A DNA stretch of 64,000 nt from a bacterium (GTDB lineage: Bacteria; Patescibacteriota; Minisyncoccia; Minisyncoccales; GWA2-46-15): the NCBI GenBank assembly GCA_030693425.1, contig JAUYAM010000001.1, positions 10,858-74,857 on the forward strand, read 5' to 3'. The notes under the pieces are model-generated. The model made no database searches. It was not told the DNA's origin and saw only the letters and a list, made by a program, of their open reading frames with translations. Both the position numbers and the translations under genes were made by a program. Positions 26,271 to 35,061 of this stretch are shown here, piece after piece. Position 1 is the stretch's first letter; every line of letters begins with the position of its first letter.

Positions 26271-28304
26271 TTGTCAATAGCAAGCTATCTCGTCGCCAGC
26301 CTCACCCCCTACTTTCTCAAGAAGAGGTTGTTTTGGTTTGAAAAGAACTTTGAGAAAATCCGTCAGCTGGCCAAAAGCCAGCCCTGGTGGCAAAGAAACT
26401 GCCTGTTTTTGGGAAAAGGTAAATCTTTTCTCTTTTCCAGTCTCGTCCAAAAACTCCTCGACCTTGGCTACGAAAGGGTCCAGGAAATAACTTTCCCGGG
26501 AGAGTTCTCTCAGAGAGGCGGCCTGATCGATGTTTTTCCGATAAACTCTCCGATAGCCTTAAGGCTTGAGTTCTTCGGAAACATTGTTGAAGAAATTCAA
26601 GAGATCTCTTTTAAAATACCGGATGAAAAAAGAGTCAGGCAGGTTCTCGAAGACAAGCTCAAATCCCAAAAGCTTTTCTCTGGCCTGAAAGGCCTGCTGC
26701 CCGGAGACTACGTCGTCCACCTTGACCACGGCGTGGCCAGATTTATAGGTATCTCGTATCTAGTATCTGGTAGCTGGTATCGGGAAAACGAAGTACCGGA
26801 TACTAAATACAAAATACAAGATACCCCCCTTCGCCAAAGCTCCGGAGGGCAGGCAAAATACTATATTTTAGAGTATGCCTCCCAAGACAGGCTTTATGTT
26901 CCCTTAGGGTTAGAAAGAAAGCTGTCTAGATACGTCGGTTTTGTCGAGCCGAAAATCTCAAGACTGGGGTCCCAAGCCTGGCAAAAAACCAAAAGGAAGA
27001 TAAAGCAAGAAGTCGAAAGGTTCGCCAAAGAGCTCCTCCAGATCTATGCCCAGAGGGAAATCGCCTCTCGGCCTCCTTACTCTAAAGACAAGGAGCTGGA
27101 ATTGATTCTGGAAGCCGGTTTTCCTTTTCAGGAAACCGCAGATCAAATCAGAGCTCTGGCGGAAATAGAAAAAGACTTGGGCCGGTCAAAACCAATGGAC
27201 AGATTATTGTGCGGCGACGTGGGATTTGGCAAAACCGAAGTCGCCCTCAGGGCAATGCTGATAGCCGTTTCTGCCGGCTGGCAAGCGGCTTTTCTTTGCC
27301 CGACCACCATTCTGGCAAATCAGCATTTCCAGAATTTCAAACAAAGGCTAAAGAATCTGCCGGTCGGCCTGGCCGTTCTTACCAGGCTTCAGACCAAAAA
27401 AGAACAGAAAGAGACCGTCGAAAAACTGAAATCCGGCAGAGTTGATATTCTCGTTGGCACCCACCGGCTTTTGTCAAAAGACGTTTCCTCCTGCCTGTTT
27501 GGAAAAGGCGGGGGGCTGCTGGTGATTGACGACGAACAAAGATTCGGAGTCAGACAAAAGGAAAAACTGAAAAAGATAAGAGCTTCTCTTGATATCCTTT
27601 CTTTGTCGGCCACGCCCATACCAAGAACCCTTTACCTGGCTCTTTCTTCTTTAAGAGAAATGAGCCTGATTCAGACTCCGCCAAAAGATCGCCTGCCGAT
27701 CAAAACTTTCATAATCCCCTGGTCGGAAAAAACAGTTAAAAAGGCTGTCGATAATGAGATTTCAAGGGGCGGCCAGGTGTATTACCTCCACAACCGAGTT
27801 GCCACTATTGAAAAAGCAAGAGCCTCGCTGGAAAAACTCCTGCCGAGAGTCAAAATTGGCCTGGCTCACGGCCGAATGAAAGAAAAGGCTTTGCTAAAAG
27901 TGATGGCTGATTTCCAGTCAAAAGAAATTGATCTGCTTTTGGCGACGACTATCATTGAAAATGGGATTGATTTTCCCAACGTCAACACCTTGATCGTCGA
28001 AGACGCCAGCCGGCTGGGCCTGGCCCAGGCCTACCAAATCAGAGGCAGAGTCGGCAGGTTCTCTTCCCAAGCCTTTGCCTATTTCCTGCACCCGCAAAGA
28101 CTTCTAATGAAAGCTAAACAAAGATTGACTGCCTTAAAGCAGGCAGAAACTTTGGGTTCCGGCTGGCAGATCGCCATCAAAGACCTGGAAATCAGAGGAG
28201 CCGGCAACATCTTAGGGAAAGAGCAATCCGGCAGCATCAACCAAGTTGGATTAAACCTCTACTGCCAAATGCTTTCCGAAACAGTGGCCAGACAAAAAAC
28301 CTAA
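26271..28304 (+). CDS. mfd: Transcription-repair coupling factor Mfd (short form)
   Basis: CarD/TRCF RNAP-interaction block GDYVVHLDHGVARF, helicase motifs GDVGFGKTEVA, IDDEQRFG and QIRGRVGR, and a TRG-like LEIRGAGNILGKEQSG. TTG start. Only 677 aa. Confidence 0.9.
   Translation: MSIASYLVASLTPYFLKKRLFWFEKNFEKIRQLAKSQPWWQRNCLFLGKGKSFLFSSLVQKLLDLGYERVQEITFPGEFSQRGGLIDVFPINSPIALRLEFFGNIVEEIQEISFKIPDEKRVRQVLEDKLKSQKLFSGLKGLLPGDYVVHLDHGVARFIGISYLVSGSWYRENEVPDTKYKIQDTPLRQSSGGQAKYYILEYASQDRLYVPLGLERKLSRYVGFVEPKISRLGSQAWQKTKRKIKQEVERFAKELLQIYAQREIASRPPYSKDKELELILEAGFPFQETADQIRALAEIEKDLGRSKPMDRLLCGDVGFGKTEVALRAMLIAVSAGWQAAFLCPTTILANQHFQNFKQRLKNLPVGLAVLTRLQTKKEQKETVEKLKSGRVDILVGTHRLLSKDVSSCLFGKGGGLLVIDDEQRFGVRQKEKLKKIRASLDILSLSATPIPRTLYLALSSLREMSLIQTPPKDRLPIKTFIIPWSEKTVKKAVDNEISRGGQVYYLHNRVATIEKARASLEKLLPRVKIGLAHGRMKEKALLKVMADFQSKEIDLLLATTIIENGIDFPNVNTLIVEDASRLGLAQAYQIRGRVGRFSSQAFAYFLHPQRLLMKAKQRLTALKQAETLGSGWQIAIKDLEIRGAGNILGKEQSGSINQVGLNLYCQMLSETVARQKT
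26749..26853. repeat. Composite in-frame insertion in mfd (AT-rich palindromic arms plus a GC-rich hairpin)
   Basis: Left arm ggtatctcgtatctagtatctggtagctggtatcggg. Right arm gtaccggatactaaatacaaaatacaagatac. Then the hairpin CCCTTCG-N9-CGGAGGG at 26827-26849. Together they encode SYLVSGSWYRENEVPDTKYKIQDTPLRQSSGGQA. Confidence 0.8.
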
Positions 28305-28383
28305 AAAAAGTGTATCCTGAAAAAACTTGGCAAAAAAATTGAAATAAGCCGCTAAAATCGTATCAGGTTTTGCTAATTGTTGC

Positions 28384-28411
28384 TTGACAAACATTTCGTA
28401 AGAGCTACAAT
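28384..28411 (+). promoter_or_regulatory. Sigma70-like promoter giving a (near) leaderless HTH mRNA
   Basis: TTGACA (28384-28389), 16 nt spacer, TACAAT (28406-28411). The ATG at 28418 is only 6 nt after the -10 box. Confidence 0.5.
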
Positions 28412-28417
28412 TAAATA

Positions 28418-28591
28418 ATGGATAAGCTTCTTACTCCAAAACAAGTAGCAAATAAATTAGGCGTTAGCGAATATACAATCTGGCGATATATTAAAGCTGG
28501 AAAACTTAAGGCTATTAAGCTTACTCTCAGAAATTTTAGAATTGAGGAAAAAGATTTAATTCAATTTCTTAAAAAACATAAAACAAAATGA
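28418..28591 (+). CDS. Excisionase-family HTH DNA-binding protein (57 aa)
   Basis: MDKLLTPKQVANKLGVSEYTIWRYIKAGKLKAIKL matches the excisionase/MerR-type HTH pattern. Below the ORF-track length cutoff. Confidence 0.75.
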   Translation: MDKLLTPKQVANKLGVSEYTIWRYIKAGKLKAIKLTLRNFRIEEKDLIQFLKKHKTK

Positions 28592-28645
28592 AAGAAAAAT
28601 TAAATAGTCGTGTTTTCGTGCTAAATTTAAATTATTTAACTAAGA

Positions 28646-29776
28646 ATGTATAAATATTGGTCAAATAAAGAGGTTTCTCTTCTAAAAAAGTTTTATCCTA
28701 AATTGATAGTTAGAGAATTGGCAAAGATGTTTCCAAATCGAACTAAGGCCACAATTGCAGTTAAAGCATTTAGCTTGGGTCTACCATCAGCAAAATTATG
28801 GCAATCGGAAGAAAATGATATACTTTACAAAGATTTTGCTGAAGCATCAGAAGAAAAACTTCTAAAGCTTTTACCAAAAAGATCATGGTCAGCAATCTTA
28901 GCCCAAGGAGAAAGGATAGGATTAAAACGCAAGATAGATGGGCCTAAATTAAGAGTTAATGAAGATTATTTCAAAAAGTGGTCTTCTAATATGGCTTATA
29001 TTCTCGGGTTTATTTTTGCTGATGGCTCAATTATTAAAGTAACCCACAATGGATGTAGCGACAGATTAAGCTTTGGTCAAAGTAGAAAAGATATAGATAT
29101 ATTAAGAAAAATAAAACAAAAGTTTTCAGCAGAACAAACTTTATCAATAGGGGAAAAATATGTCCATTTTTCTATCCATAGTCAAGTAATCGTTGATGAT
29201 TTAAAGAAGTTAGAGGTGACATACAGAAAAAGTTTCCGAAAAACTCGTGGGAAAATTCCAAATATTCCTTATAAATACATACGGGATTTTATCCGCGGCA
29301 TAGTAGACGGAGACGGGAGCATAAATTTTAACAAAAAGGGCCGACAAAAGGGCTACCCAAATTTAAGCATTTGCGGCAAAAAAGAAGTTATGGCCTTCAT
29401 TAGAGATCATTTTCTTTCTAAATTCAATATTTATTCTAAAATTAGCCAAGGGAAGAAAAATGGTAAACTATCCAATGTTTTTTATATTTGCTATAGATGC
29501 AATTCGGCTAAAACTTTGATAAATTATCTTTATAACAATGCTAATTTGTATCTCAAAAGAAAGTTTAAATTAGCAAAACAATGTTCGAAAATAGAAATGA
29601 AACATAGAAAAAATTACAATAAACAAGAAAATAAAATTATACAAGAATTTTATTCTTTGTTACCTAAAAATAAGTTTTTCTTGAAATTACCAAATCGAAG
29701 TTGGTCAAGTATTCAACAGCAGACACGAAAATTAGGAATTTATAAATATAAGATAAAAAATAAATTATGCGCTTGA
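28646..29776 (+). CDS. Free-standing LAGLIDADG homing endonuclease with three Myb/SANT-like repeats
   Basis: LAGLIDADG motifs MAYILGFIFADGSI and FIRGIVDGDGSI. Three repeats of roughly 45 aa ending in P-x-R-(S/T)-(W/K)-x-(A/S)-I...LG(L/I), two N-terminal and one C-terminal. Confidence 0.85.
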   Translation: MYKYWSNKEVSLLKKFYPKLIVRELAKMFPNRTKATIAVKAFSLGLPSAKLWQSEENDILYKDFAEASEEKLLKLLPKRSWSAILAQGERIGLKRKIDGPKLRVNEDYFKKWSSNMAYILGFIFADGSIIKVTHNGCSDRLSFGQSRKDIDILRKIKQKFSAEQTLSIGEKYVHFSIHSQVIVDDLKKLEVTYRKSFRKTRGKIPNIPYKYIRDFIRGIVDGDGSINFNKKGRQKGYPNLSICGKKEVMAFIRDHFLSKFNIYSKISQGKKNGKLSNVFYICYRCNSAKTLINYLYNNANLYLKRKFKLAKQCSKIEMKHRKNYNKQENKIIQEFYSLLPKNKFFLKLPNRSWSSIQQQTRKLGIYKYKIKNKLCA

Positions 29777-31893
29777 TTCTGGTGGAAAGCCCTACAAAAT
29801 CAAACACAATCAAAAAATTCCTTGGCAAAGACTATGAAGTGGCAGCCACTTTCGGTCATATTAGAGACTTGCCTGAAGGCAATTTTGGCATTGATCTGAA
29901 AAACAACTTTAAACCAGAATATGTCATCCCAGCCAAAGCGAAAAAAACTATTGCCAGTTTGAAAAAACTGGCAAAAACAGCAGAAAGCGTAATTTTAGCG
30001 GTTGACGAGGATCGCGAAGGAGAAGCCATTGCCTGGCATTTAACCAAGGCTTTGGGGCTCAAAAAATATCAACGAATCGCCTTTCACGAAATTACCAAAC
30101 CAGCGATTGAAGAAGCTTTAAAAAACCCCAGGGAGATTGACATGAATTTGGTCAACGCCCAGCAAACAAGAAGAATCTTGGACAGGATCGTCGGCTACAA
30201 ACTCTCTCCTTTCCTGTGGAAAAAGATTGCCTGGGGCCTGTCAGCCGGCAGGGTCCAATCGGTCGCTGTCAGGCTGATAGTCGAAAGAGAAAGGGAAATA
30301 AAAAGCTTTATCCCTCAAGAATACTGGCAGATAAAAGCTCTTTTGGAAAAGTTAAACCTCAAGGGTTCGGAATTCGAAGCCTTCCTGGCCAAAAAGAATG
30401 ATAAGGCTGTTTCCAAGCTCGAAATTAAAACTGAAAACGAAGCTTCCGAAATCGTTAAAGACTTGGAGGGAGCAGACTACAGAGTAATCGATATCGAAAG
30501 AAAAGAGACCAGAAAATCTCCTCTGCCGCCTTTTACCACTTCAACTCTCCAGCAGGAAGCCTGGCGAAGGTTTCATTTCTCGGCCAAGATGACAATGCGG
30601 CTAGCCCAGCAACTTTATGAAAGAGGGCTTTGTTCTTACCACCGCACCGATTCTTTTAATCTTTCGGAAATCTCTTTGGCCGCCGCCAAAGAATATATAC
30701 TGAAAAACCTCGGCAAGGAATACTGGCCGGGATTTTCCAGGAAATACAAGACCAAATCCAAATCAGCCCAGGAAGCCCACGAGGCGATCCGGCCAACGGA
30801 TCCTTTCAGGGATCCGCCCTCCGTAGCCTTGTCGCCGACGCGCCATAGCCGCTTTGGCGACGGCACGGCGAAGGAGGGCTTTGCCGAAGCGGCATTCAAG
30901 CTTTACGCCCTGATCTGGCAAAGGTTCCTGGCCTGTCAAATGTCAGAAGCGATTTTTGACTCAACTATAGTCGACATTCTCGCTGAAAAACCTAAAAGTT
31001 CGACTGTCTATGCCCTTCGGGCAACCGGCCAAACAATGAAATTTGCCGGCTTTCTAAAGGTTTACCCTCTGAAATTTGAAGAGATAAATCTGCCTTATTT
31101 GGAAAAGAATGAATCTTTAAAGTTGATAAAGGTCTCCCCTTCCCAACATTTTACCCAGCCGCCGAATCGCTATTCTGAAGCGACCCTGGTAAAAGCTTTA
31201 GAAAAGTTCGGCATTGGCCGACCCTCGACCTACGCCCCGACTCTGGAAACCATCCAAACCAGAGGCTATGTCCAGAAAGACGAAAAAAAGCTCTTTTTCC
31301 CCGCCGATATAGGCTTCCTGGTCAACGATCTTTTGGTTAATCATTTTCCCAAAATCGTTGACGTCGCTTTTACGGCCAAAATGGAGGAAGAGCTGGACCA
31401 AGTCTCTTCGGGAAAAAAAGAATGGCTGCCGGTCATTGAGGAATTCTATATTCCTTTCAAAGAAAATTTAAAAACAAAAGAAAAAGAAGTTTCTAAAGAG
31501 GACCTTCTCAAGGAATTCTCCAAAGAAGAGATAAAAGAGACTTGCCCTCTCTGTCAGAGCCTCCTGAATGTCAAATTCAGCAGGTATGGAAAGTTCTATG
31601 CCTGTTCTAAGTTTCCCGAATGCAAATACAAAAAAAATCTCCTTGTTTCCCTTGGAATAAAATGCCCGAAATGCCAACAAGCAGAAATAGTTGAAAGAAA
31701 AACCAGAAAGCAGAAAAGGTTTTACGGCTGCTCTAGGTGGCCCGACTGCGATTTTGCTCTTTGGGACAAACCCACCGGCCAGAACTGTCCTGCTTGTGAC
31801 TCTTTGATGGTTAAAACCCGCTGGCGCAAAGAAAAATGTTCTAACAAAGACTGCAAGACTAATTCCTACGGCGATGCCAAAACAGACTCTTGA
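29767..31893 (+). CDS. topA: DNA topoisomerase I
   Basis: Toprim start MRLILVESPTKSNTIKKFLG, QEAHEAIRPT, and C-terminal Cys4 zinc ribbons. Overlaps the homing endonuclease end by 10 nt. Confidence 0.95.
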   Translation: MRLILVESPTKSNTIKKFLGKDYEVAATFGHIRDLPEGNFGIDLKNNFKPEYVIPAKAKKTIASLKKLAKTAESVILAVDEDREGEAIAWHLTKALGLKKYQRIAFHEITKPAIEEALKNPREIDMNLVNAQQTRRILDRIVGYKLSPFLWKKIAWGLSAGRVQSVAVRLIVEREREIKSFIPQEYWQIKALLEKLNLKGSEFEAFLAKKNDKAVSKLEIKTENEASEIVKDLEGADYRVIDIERKETRKSPLPPFTTSTLQQEAWRRFHFSAKMTMRLAQQLYERGLCSYHRTDSFNLSEISLAAAKEYILKNLGKEYWPGFSRKYKTKSKSAQEAHEAIRPTDPFRDPPSVALSPTRHSRFGDGTAKEGFAEAAFKLYALIWQRFLACQMSEAIFDSTIVDILAEKPKSSTVYALRATGQTMKFAGFLKVYPLKFEEINLPYLEKNESLKLIKVSPSQHFTQPPNRYSEATLVKALEKFGIGRPSTYAPTLETIQTRGYVQKDEKKLFFPADIGFLVNDLLVNHFPKIVDVAFTAKMEEELDQVSSGKKEWLPVIEEFYIPFKENLKTKEKEVSKEDLLKEFSKEEIKETCPLCQSLLNVKFSRYGKFYACSKFPECKYKKNLLVSLGIKCPKCQQAEIVERKTRKQKRFYGCSRWPDCDFALWDKPTGQNCPACDSLMVKTRWRKEKCSNKDCKTNSYGDAKTDS
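30799..30893. repeat. GC-rich palindromic in-frame insertion in topA
   Basis: GGATCC-TTTCAG-GGATCC at 30799-30816. Long imperfect palindrome GCCCTCCGTAGCCTTGTCGCC...GGCGACGGCACGGCGAAGGAGGGC at 30816-30879. GCCG-AAG-CGGC at 30883-30893. Together they encode PFRDPPSVALSPTRHSRFGDGTAKEGFAEAAF. Confidence 0.8.
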
Positions 31894-33637
31894 AGAAATT
31901 CTAAAAAACTATCCCGAAGCCAAAGACCGAGAATTAATCTCCAGGGCTTTTGAATTTGCAAAGAACGCCCACCTAGGCCAGAAAAGGCTCTCCGGCCAAG
32001 ACTACATCATCCATCCGGCCAGAACGGCCCTTATTCTCAGCCACTTAAAACTCGATGCCGGCGCCGTCGCCGCCGGCCTCTTGCACGATGTTCTCGACGA
32101 TACCAAGGTTTCGCCTCAAGAACTTGAACAAAGGTTTGGAGGAGAAATTGCTTTTCTGGTCAAAGGCGTATCGCGCCTCGGAAAAATCAGGCTTCCAAGA
32201 CAGAAGCTCGAAATCGGGCCGATTGAGAAAAGGGCCAAAAGGCTGGTCGGCCTGGAAATCGAAAATCTCCGGAGAATGTTTTTCGCCATGACCGAAGACA
32301 TCCGCGTCATCATCATCAAGCTGGCTGACCGGGTTCACAACATGGAGACTCTGGAATTTATTCCCAAAGAGAAACAGCAGCGGATCGCCTTGGAAACTAT
32401 GGAGATTTTCGCCCCCTTGGCCAACCGCCTGGGCATCCAGACAATAAAAACCAAACTGGAAAACCTCGCCTTCCCCTATCTTTACCTTAAAGAATACCAG
32501 TGGCTTTTGGAAAATAGCGAAGAAAGATATTCTGAAGCCAGAAAATACTTAGAGAAAACCAGGACGGTCTTGGAAAAATACCTGGAACAAGAAAAAATTC
32601 CTTTCATAAAGACGCAAGGCCGGCTGAAATCCCGCTTCAGCCTTTATCAAAAACTCTTAAAACACGGGATGAATTTTGATAGAATTTATGATCTGGCGGC
32701 TTTGAGGATAATTGTCAAAGATGCCAAGACGTGTTATGAGGTTTTGGGAGCCATTCACAAGTACTGGCGGCCGCTCCCGGGAAGAATCAAAGATTACATC
32801 GCTTTTCCAAAGCCCAACGGCTACCAGAGCTTGCACACGACCGTTTTCTGCCAAGAAGGAAAGATCATCGAGGTCCAGATCAGGACCGCCGAGATGCACA
32901 AAACCGCAGAACGCGGCGTCTGCGCCCACTGGGCAAGAAAAGAAGGCGTTGACTTGAAGCGGAAAGGCAAAGCCTTCGCCTGGATCGAAGAGCTGGCCAA
33001 CTGGCAAAAGGAAAATCCGATCAGCCGGGAATACCTCAATGAGCTGAAGATTGACTTCTTTAAGAACCGCATTTTTATCTTCACCCCAAAAGGCGACATT
33101 ATTGATCTCCCCGAAGGCGCCTGCCCGATTGACTTTGCCTACGCCGTCCATTCTGAAATCGGCAACCATTGCGTTGGCGCCAAAGTCAACGGCAAAATGC
33201 TTCCTCTTTCCGGACAGCTCAGGAACGGCGACGTCGTCGAAATCCTGATCGATAAAAACAGGGGGCCGAGCCGGGACTGGCTCAAGGTCGTTAAAACCGG
33301 CTTGGCAAAGTCGCACATCAAAAAACAAATCGAGCCCAATTTCTTTGCCGGCCTGAGACAAAGATTTCTGCGAATGAGAGATCTCCGAAAGCCGGTCAAA
33401 GAAATAATTCCTTCTGAGAAAATCCGGCCGGTCGTCAAAAAAGATTCCGTGACCGTCGGAGGAAAAAGCGGAGTCGCTCACTTTGCCGCCAAATGCTGCC
33501 AGCCCAGGGCCGGCGATAAAGTTACAGCTTATCTGACCAAAACCAGAGGCGCGGCCATTCACCGCAGCGATTGCCGGAATCTTAAAAAGTTAAAAACCCG
33601 CTGGCCGGAGAAGATCCTCGAGGCCGAATGGAAATGA
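31874..33637 (+). CDS. RelA/SpoT-homolog (p)ppGpp synthetase/hydrolase (HD + synthetase + TGS; no ACT domain seen)
   Basis: HD block HLGQKR...LLHDVLDDT, synthetase block YIAFPKPNGYQSLHTTV, TGS block IFIFTPKGDIIDLPEGACPIDFAYAVHSEIG. Confidence 0.9.
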   Translation: MPKQTLEEILKNYPEAKDRELISRAFEFAKNAHLGQKRLSGQDYIIHPARTALILSHLKLDAGAVAAGLLHDVLDDTKVSPQELEQRFGGEIAFLVKGVSRLGKIRLPRQKLEIGPIEKRAKRLVGLEIENLRRMFFAMTEDIRVIIIKLADRVHNMETLEFIPKEKQQRIALETMEIFAPLANRLGIQTIKTKLENLAFPYLYLKEYQWLLENSEERYSEARKYLEKTRTVLEKYLEQEKIPFIKTQGRLKSRFSLYQKLLKHGMNFDRIYDLAALRIIVKDAKTCYEVLGAIHKYWRPLPGRIKDYIAFPKPNGYQSLHTTVFCQEGKIIEVQIRTAEMHKTAERGVCAHWARKEGVDLKRKGKAFAWIEELANWQKENPISREYLNELKIDFFKNRIFIFTPKGDIIDLPEGACPIDFAYAVHSEIGNHCVGAKVNGKMLPLSGQLRNGDVVEILIDKNRGPSRDWLKVVKTGLAKSHIKKQIEPNFFAGLRQRFLRMRDLRKPVKEIIPSEKIRPVVKKDSVTVGGKSGVAHFAAKCCQPRAGDKVTAYLTKTRGAAIHRSDCRNLKKLKTRWPEKILEAEWK

Positions 33638-33676
33638 GTAAATTATTCTGCTGTATTTAATTAATAATTGCGTCTT

Positions 33677-34915
33677 ATGGAGGTCATAAAATTTCCTAAA
33701 GGATTTTTGTGGGGAGCAAGTACTTCATCTCATCAAGCAGAAGGCGGCAATTCGAATGATTGGACCGAATGGGAAAAAGCCAATGCTCATCAGTTGGCTC
33801 GAAAAGCCGGAAATAACTGGACAAAACAACAACAAGAAATGTTTCCGGAAATGTTTAGGCCGGAAAATTACATTTCGGGCAGAGCTTGCGATCACTACAA
33901 TCGCTTTGAAAAAGATTTTGATATTGCCAAATTGCTAGGCCACAATGCTCATCGTTTTTCTATTGAATGGTCGCGAGTTGAGCCAGAAGAAGGAAATTTT
34001 AACGAAAAGGAAATTGAGCATTACCGGCAGGTCATTTTGGCCTTGCGCAAACGCGGCCTTGAGCCATTTGTCACCCTTTGGCACTGGACTAACCCGCTGT
34101 GGCTCCCAAATTGGGCATCAAACAAAGCCGTTGATCGCTTTATCAAATACGTTGAAAAAATCGTCTCCTCGTTAAAAAACGAAGTAAAGTTTTGGATTAC
34201 CGTGAATGAATCAGAACTATATTCAGCCGGTTCCCAATTAACTTTACTTTGGCCTCCTGCCGGACGAAATTTCATTTCCTATATTTTAACAATAGAAAAT
34301 TTAATTAAAGCCCACAAAGCAGCTTATAAGATAATTAAAAGCATTCAGCCAGAAGCGCAAGTCGGGGTGGCTACTCATAATGTTTATCTTGAAGCTTATA
34401 AAAATAGGCTGCGCAACGCTTTCGTTAAAAAAATCGGGGATTGGTGGATAAATTTTTATTTCTTGGACATGATTAAGAACCATCAAGATTTTATAGGATT
34501 AAACTATTATTTTTATTACCCAATTAAGGATTTTAGAATCTATCAAAACAAAAATGAGGAAATTTCTGATTTGGGCTGGGAAATATTTCCCGAGGGAATT
34601 TACCACGTTCTTAAAGATTTAAGAAAATACGAAAAGCCGATCTATATCACGGAAAACGGCCTTGCCGATGCCAAAGACGCAAAGCGGGAAAAATTTATCA
34701 AGAATCACCTCTATTGGATAAATAGAGCGATTCAAGAAAATATTGACGTGCGCGGTTATTTTTATTGGTCTTTGCTTGATAACTTTGAGTGGGATAAGGG
34801 TTTCTGGCCGAGATTTGGACTAATTGAGGTTGATTATCAGACAATGGAACGCAAAATTAGGCCTAGCGCTTATTTTTATCAGAAAATTTGCCAAACTAAT
34901 AGTTTAATGATCTAA
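33677..34915 (+). CDS. GH1 beta-glucosidase
   Basis: FLWGASTSSHQAEGG, ITVNE (acid/base) and YITENG (nucleophile). ATG at 33677 preferred over the upstream TTG at 33668. Confidence 0.9.
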   Translation: MEVIKFPKGFLWGASTSSHQAEGGNSNDWTEWEKANAHQLARKAGNNWTKQQQEMFPEMFRPENYISGRACDHYNRFEKDFDIAKLLGHNAHRFSIEWSRVEPEEGNFNEKEIEHYRQVILALRKRGLEPFVTLWHWTNPLWLPNWASNKAVDRFIKYVEKIVSSLKNEVKFWITVNESELYSAGSQLTLLWPPAGRNFISYILTIENLIKAHKAAYKIIKSIQPEAQVGVATHNVYLEAYKNRLRNAFVKKIGDWWINFYFLDMIKNHQDFIGLNYYFYYPIKDFRIYQNKNEEISDLGWEIFPEGIYHVLKDLRKYEKPIYITENGLADAKDAKREKFIKNHLYWINRAIQENIDVRGYFYWSLLDNFEWDKGFWPRFGLIEVDYQTMERKIRPSAYFYQKICQTNSLMI

Positions 34916-34972
34916 AATAATAAAAGAAAGATGACTGGAAAAAATACTGAAGCAAAGTGGCAATAAAATCAC

Positions 34973-35055
34973 GGGCAAGTGGTGGAATGGTTTACACGCA
35001 GCTCTCAAAAAGCTGTGGACGCAAGTCCATGTGGGTTCGACTCCCACCTTGCCCA
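34973..35055 (+). tRNA. tRNA-Leu (anticodon CAA)
   Basis: Manual cloverleaf fold. Acceptor GGGCAAG/CTTGCCC. D arm GTG-GAATGGTTTA-CAC. Anticodon arm CAGCT-CTCAAAA-AGCTG. Long variable arm GGAC-GCAA-GTCC. T arm GTGGG-TTCGACT-CCCAC. Discriminator A. CCA is not encoded. Confidence 0.95.
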
Positions 35056-35061
35056 CTAAAT

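Noticed and set aside
32657-33562. A 301-aa minus-strand ORF.
   Set aside because: It lies entirely antisense to the well-supported RelA/SpoT homolog and has a low-complexity composition. This is a typical shadow ORF.
34957-35061. The long form of the LAGLIDADG ORF, starting at 34957.
   Set aside because: The first 35 codons read straight through tRNA-Leu(CAA). The endonuclease domain begins after the internal ATG at 35062.
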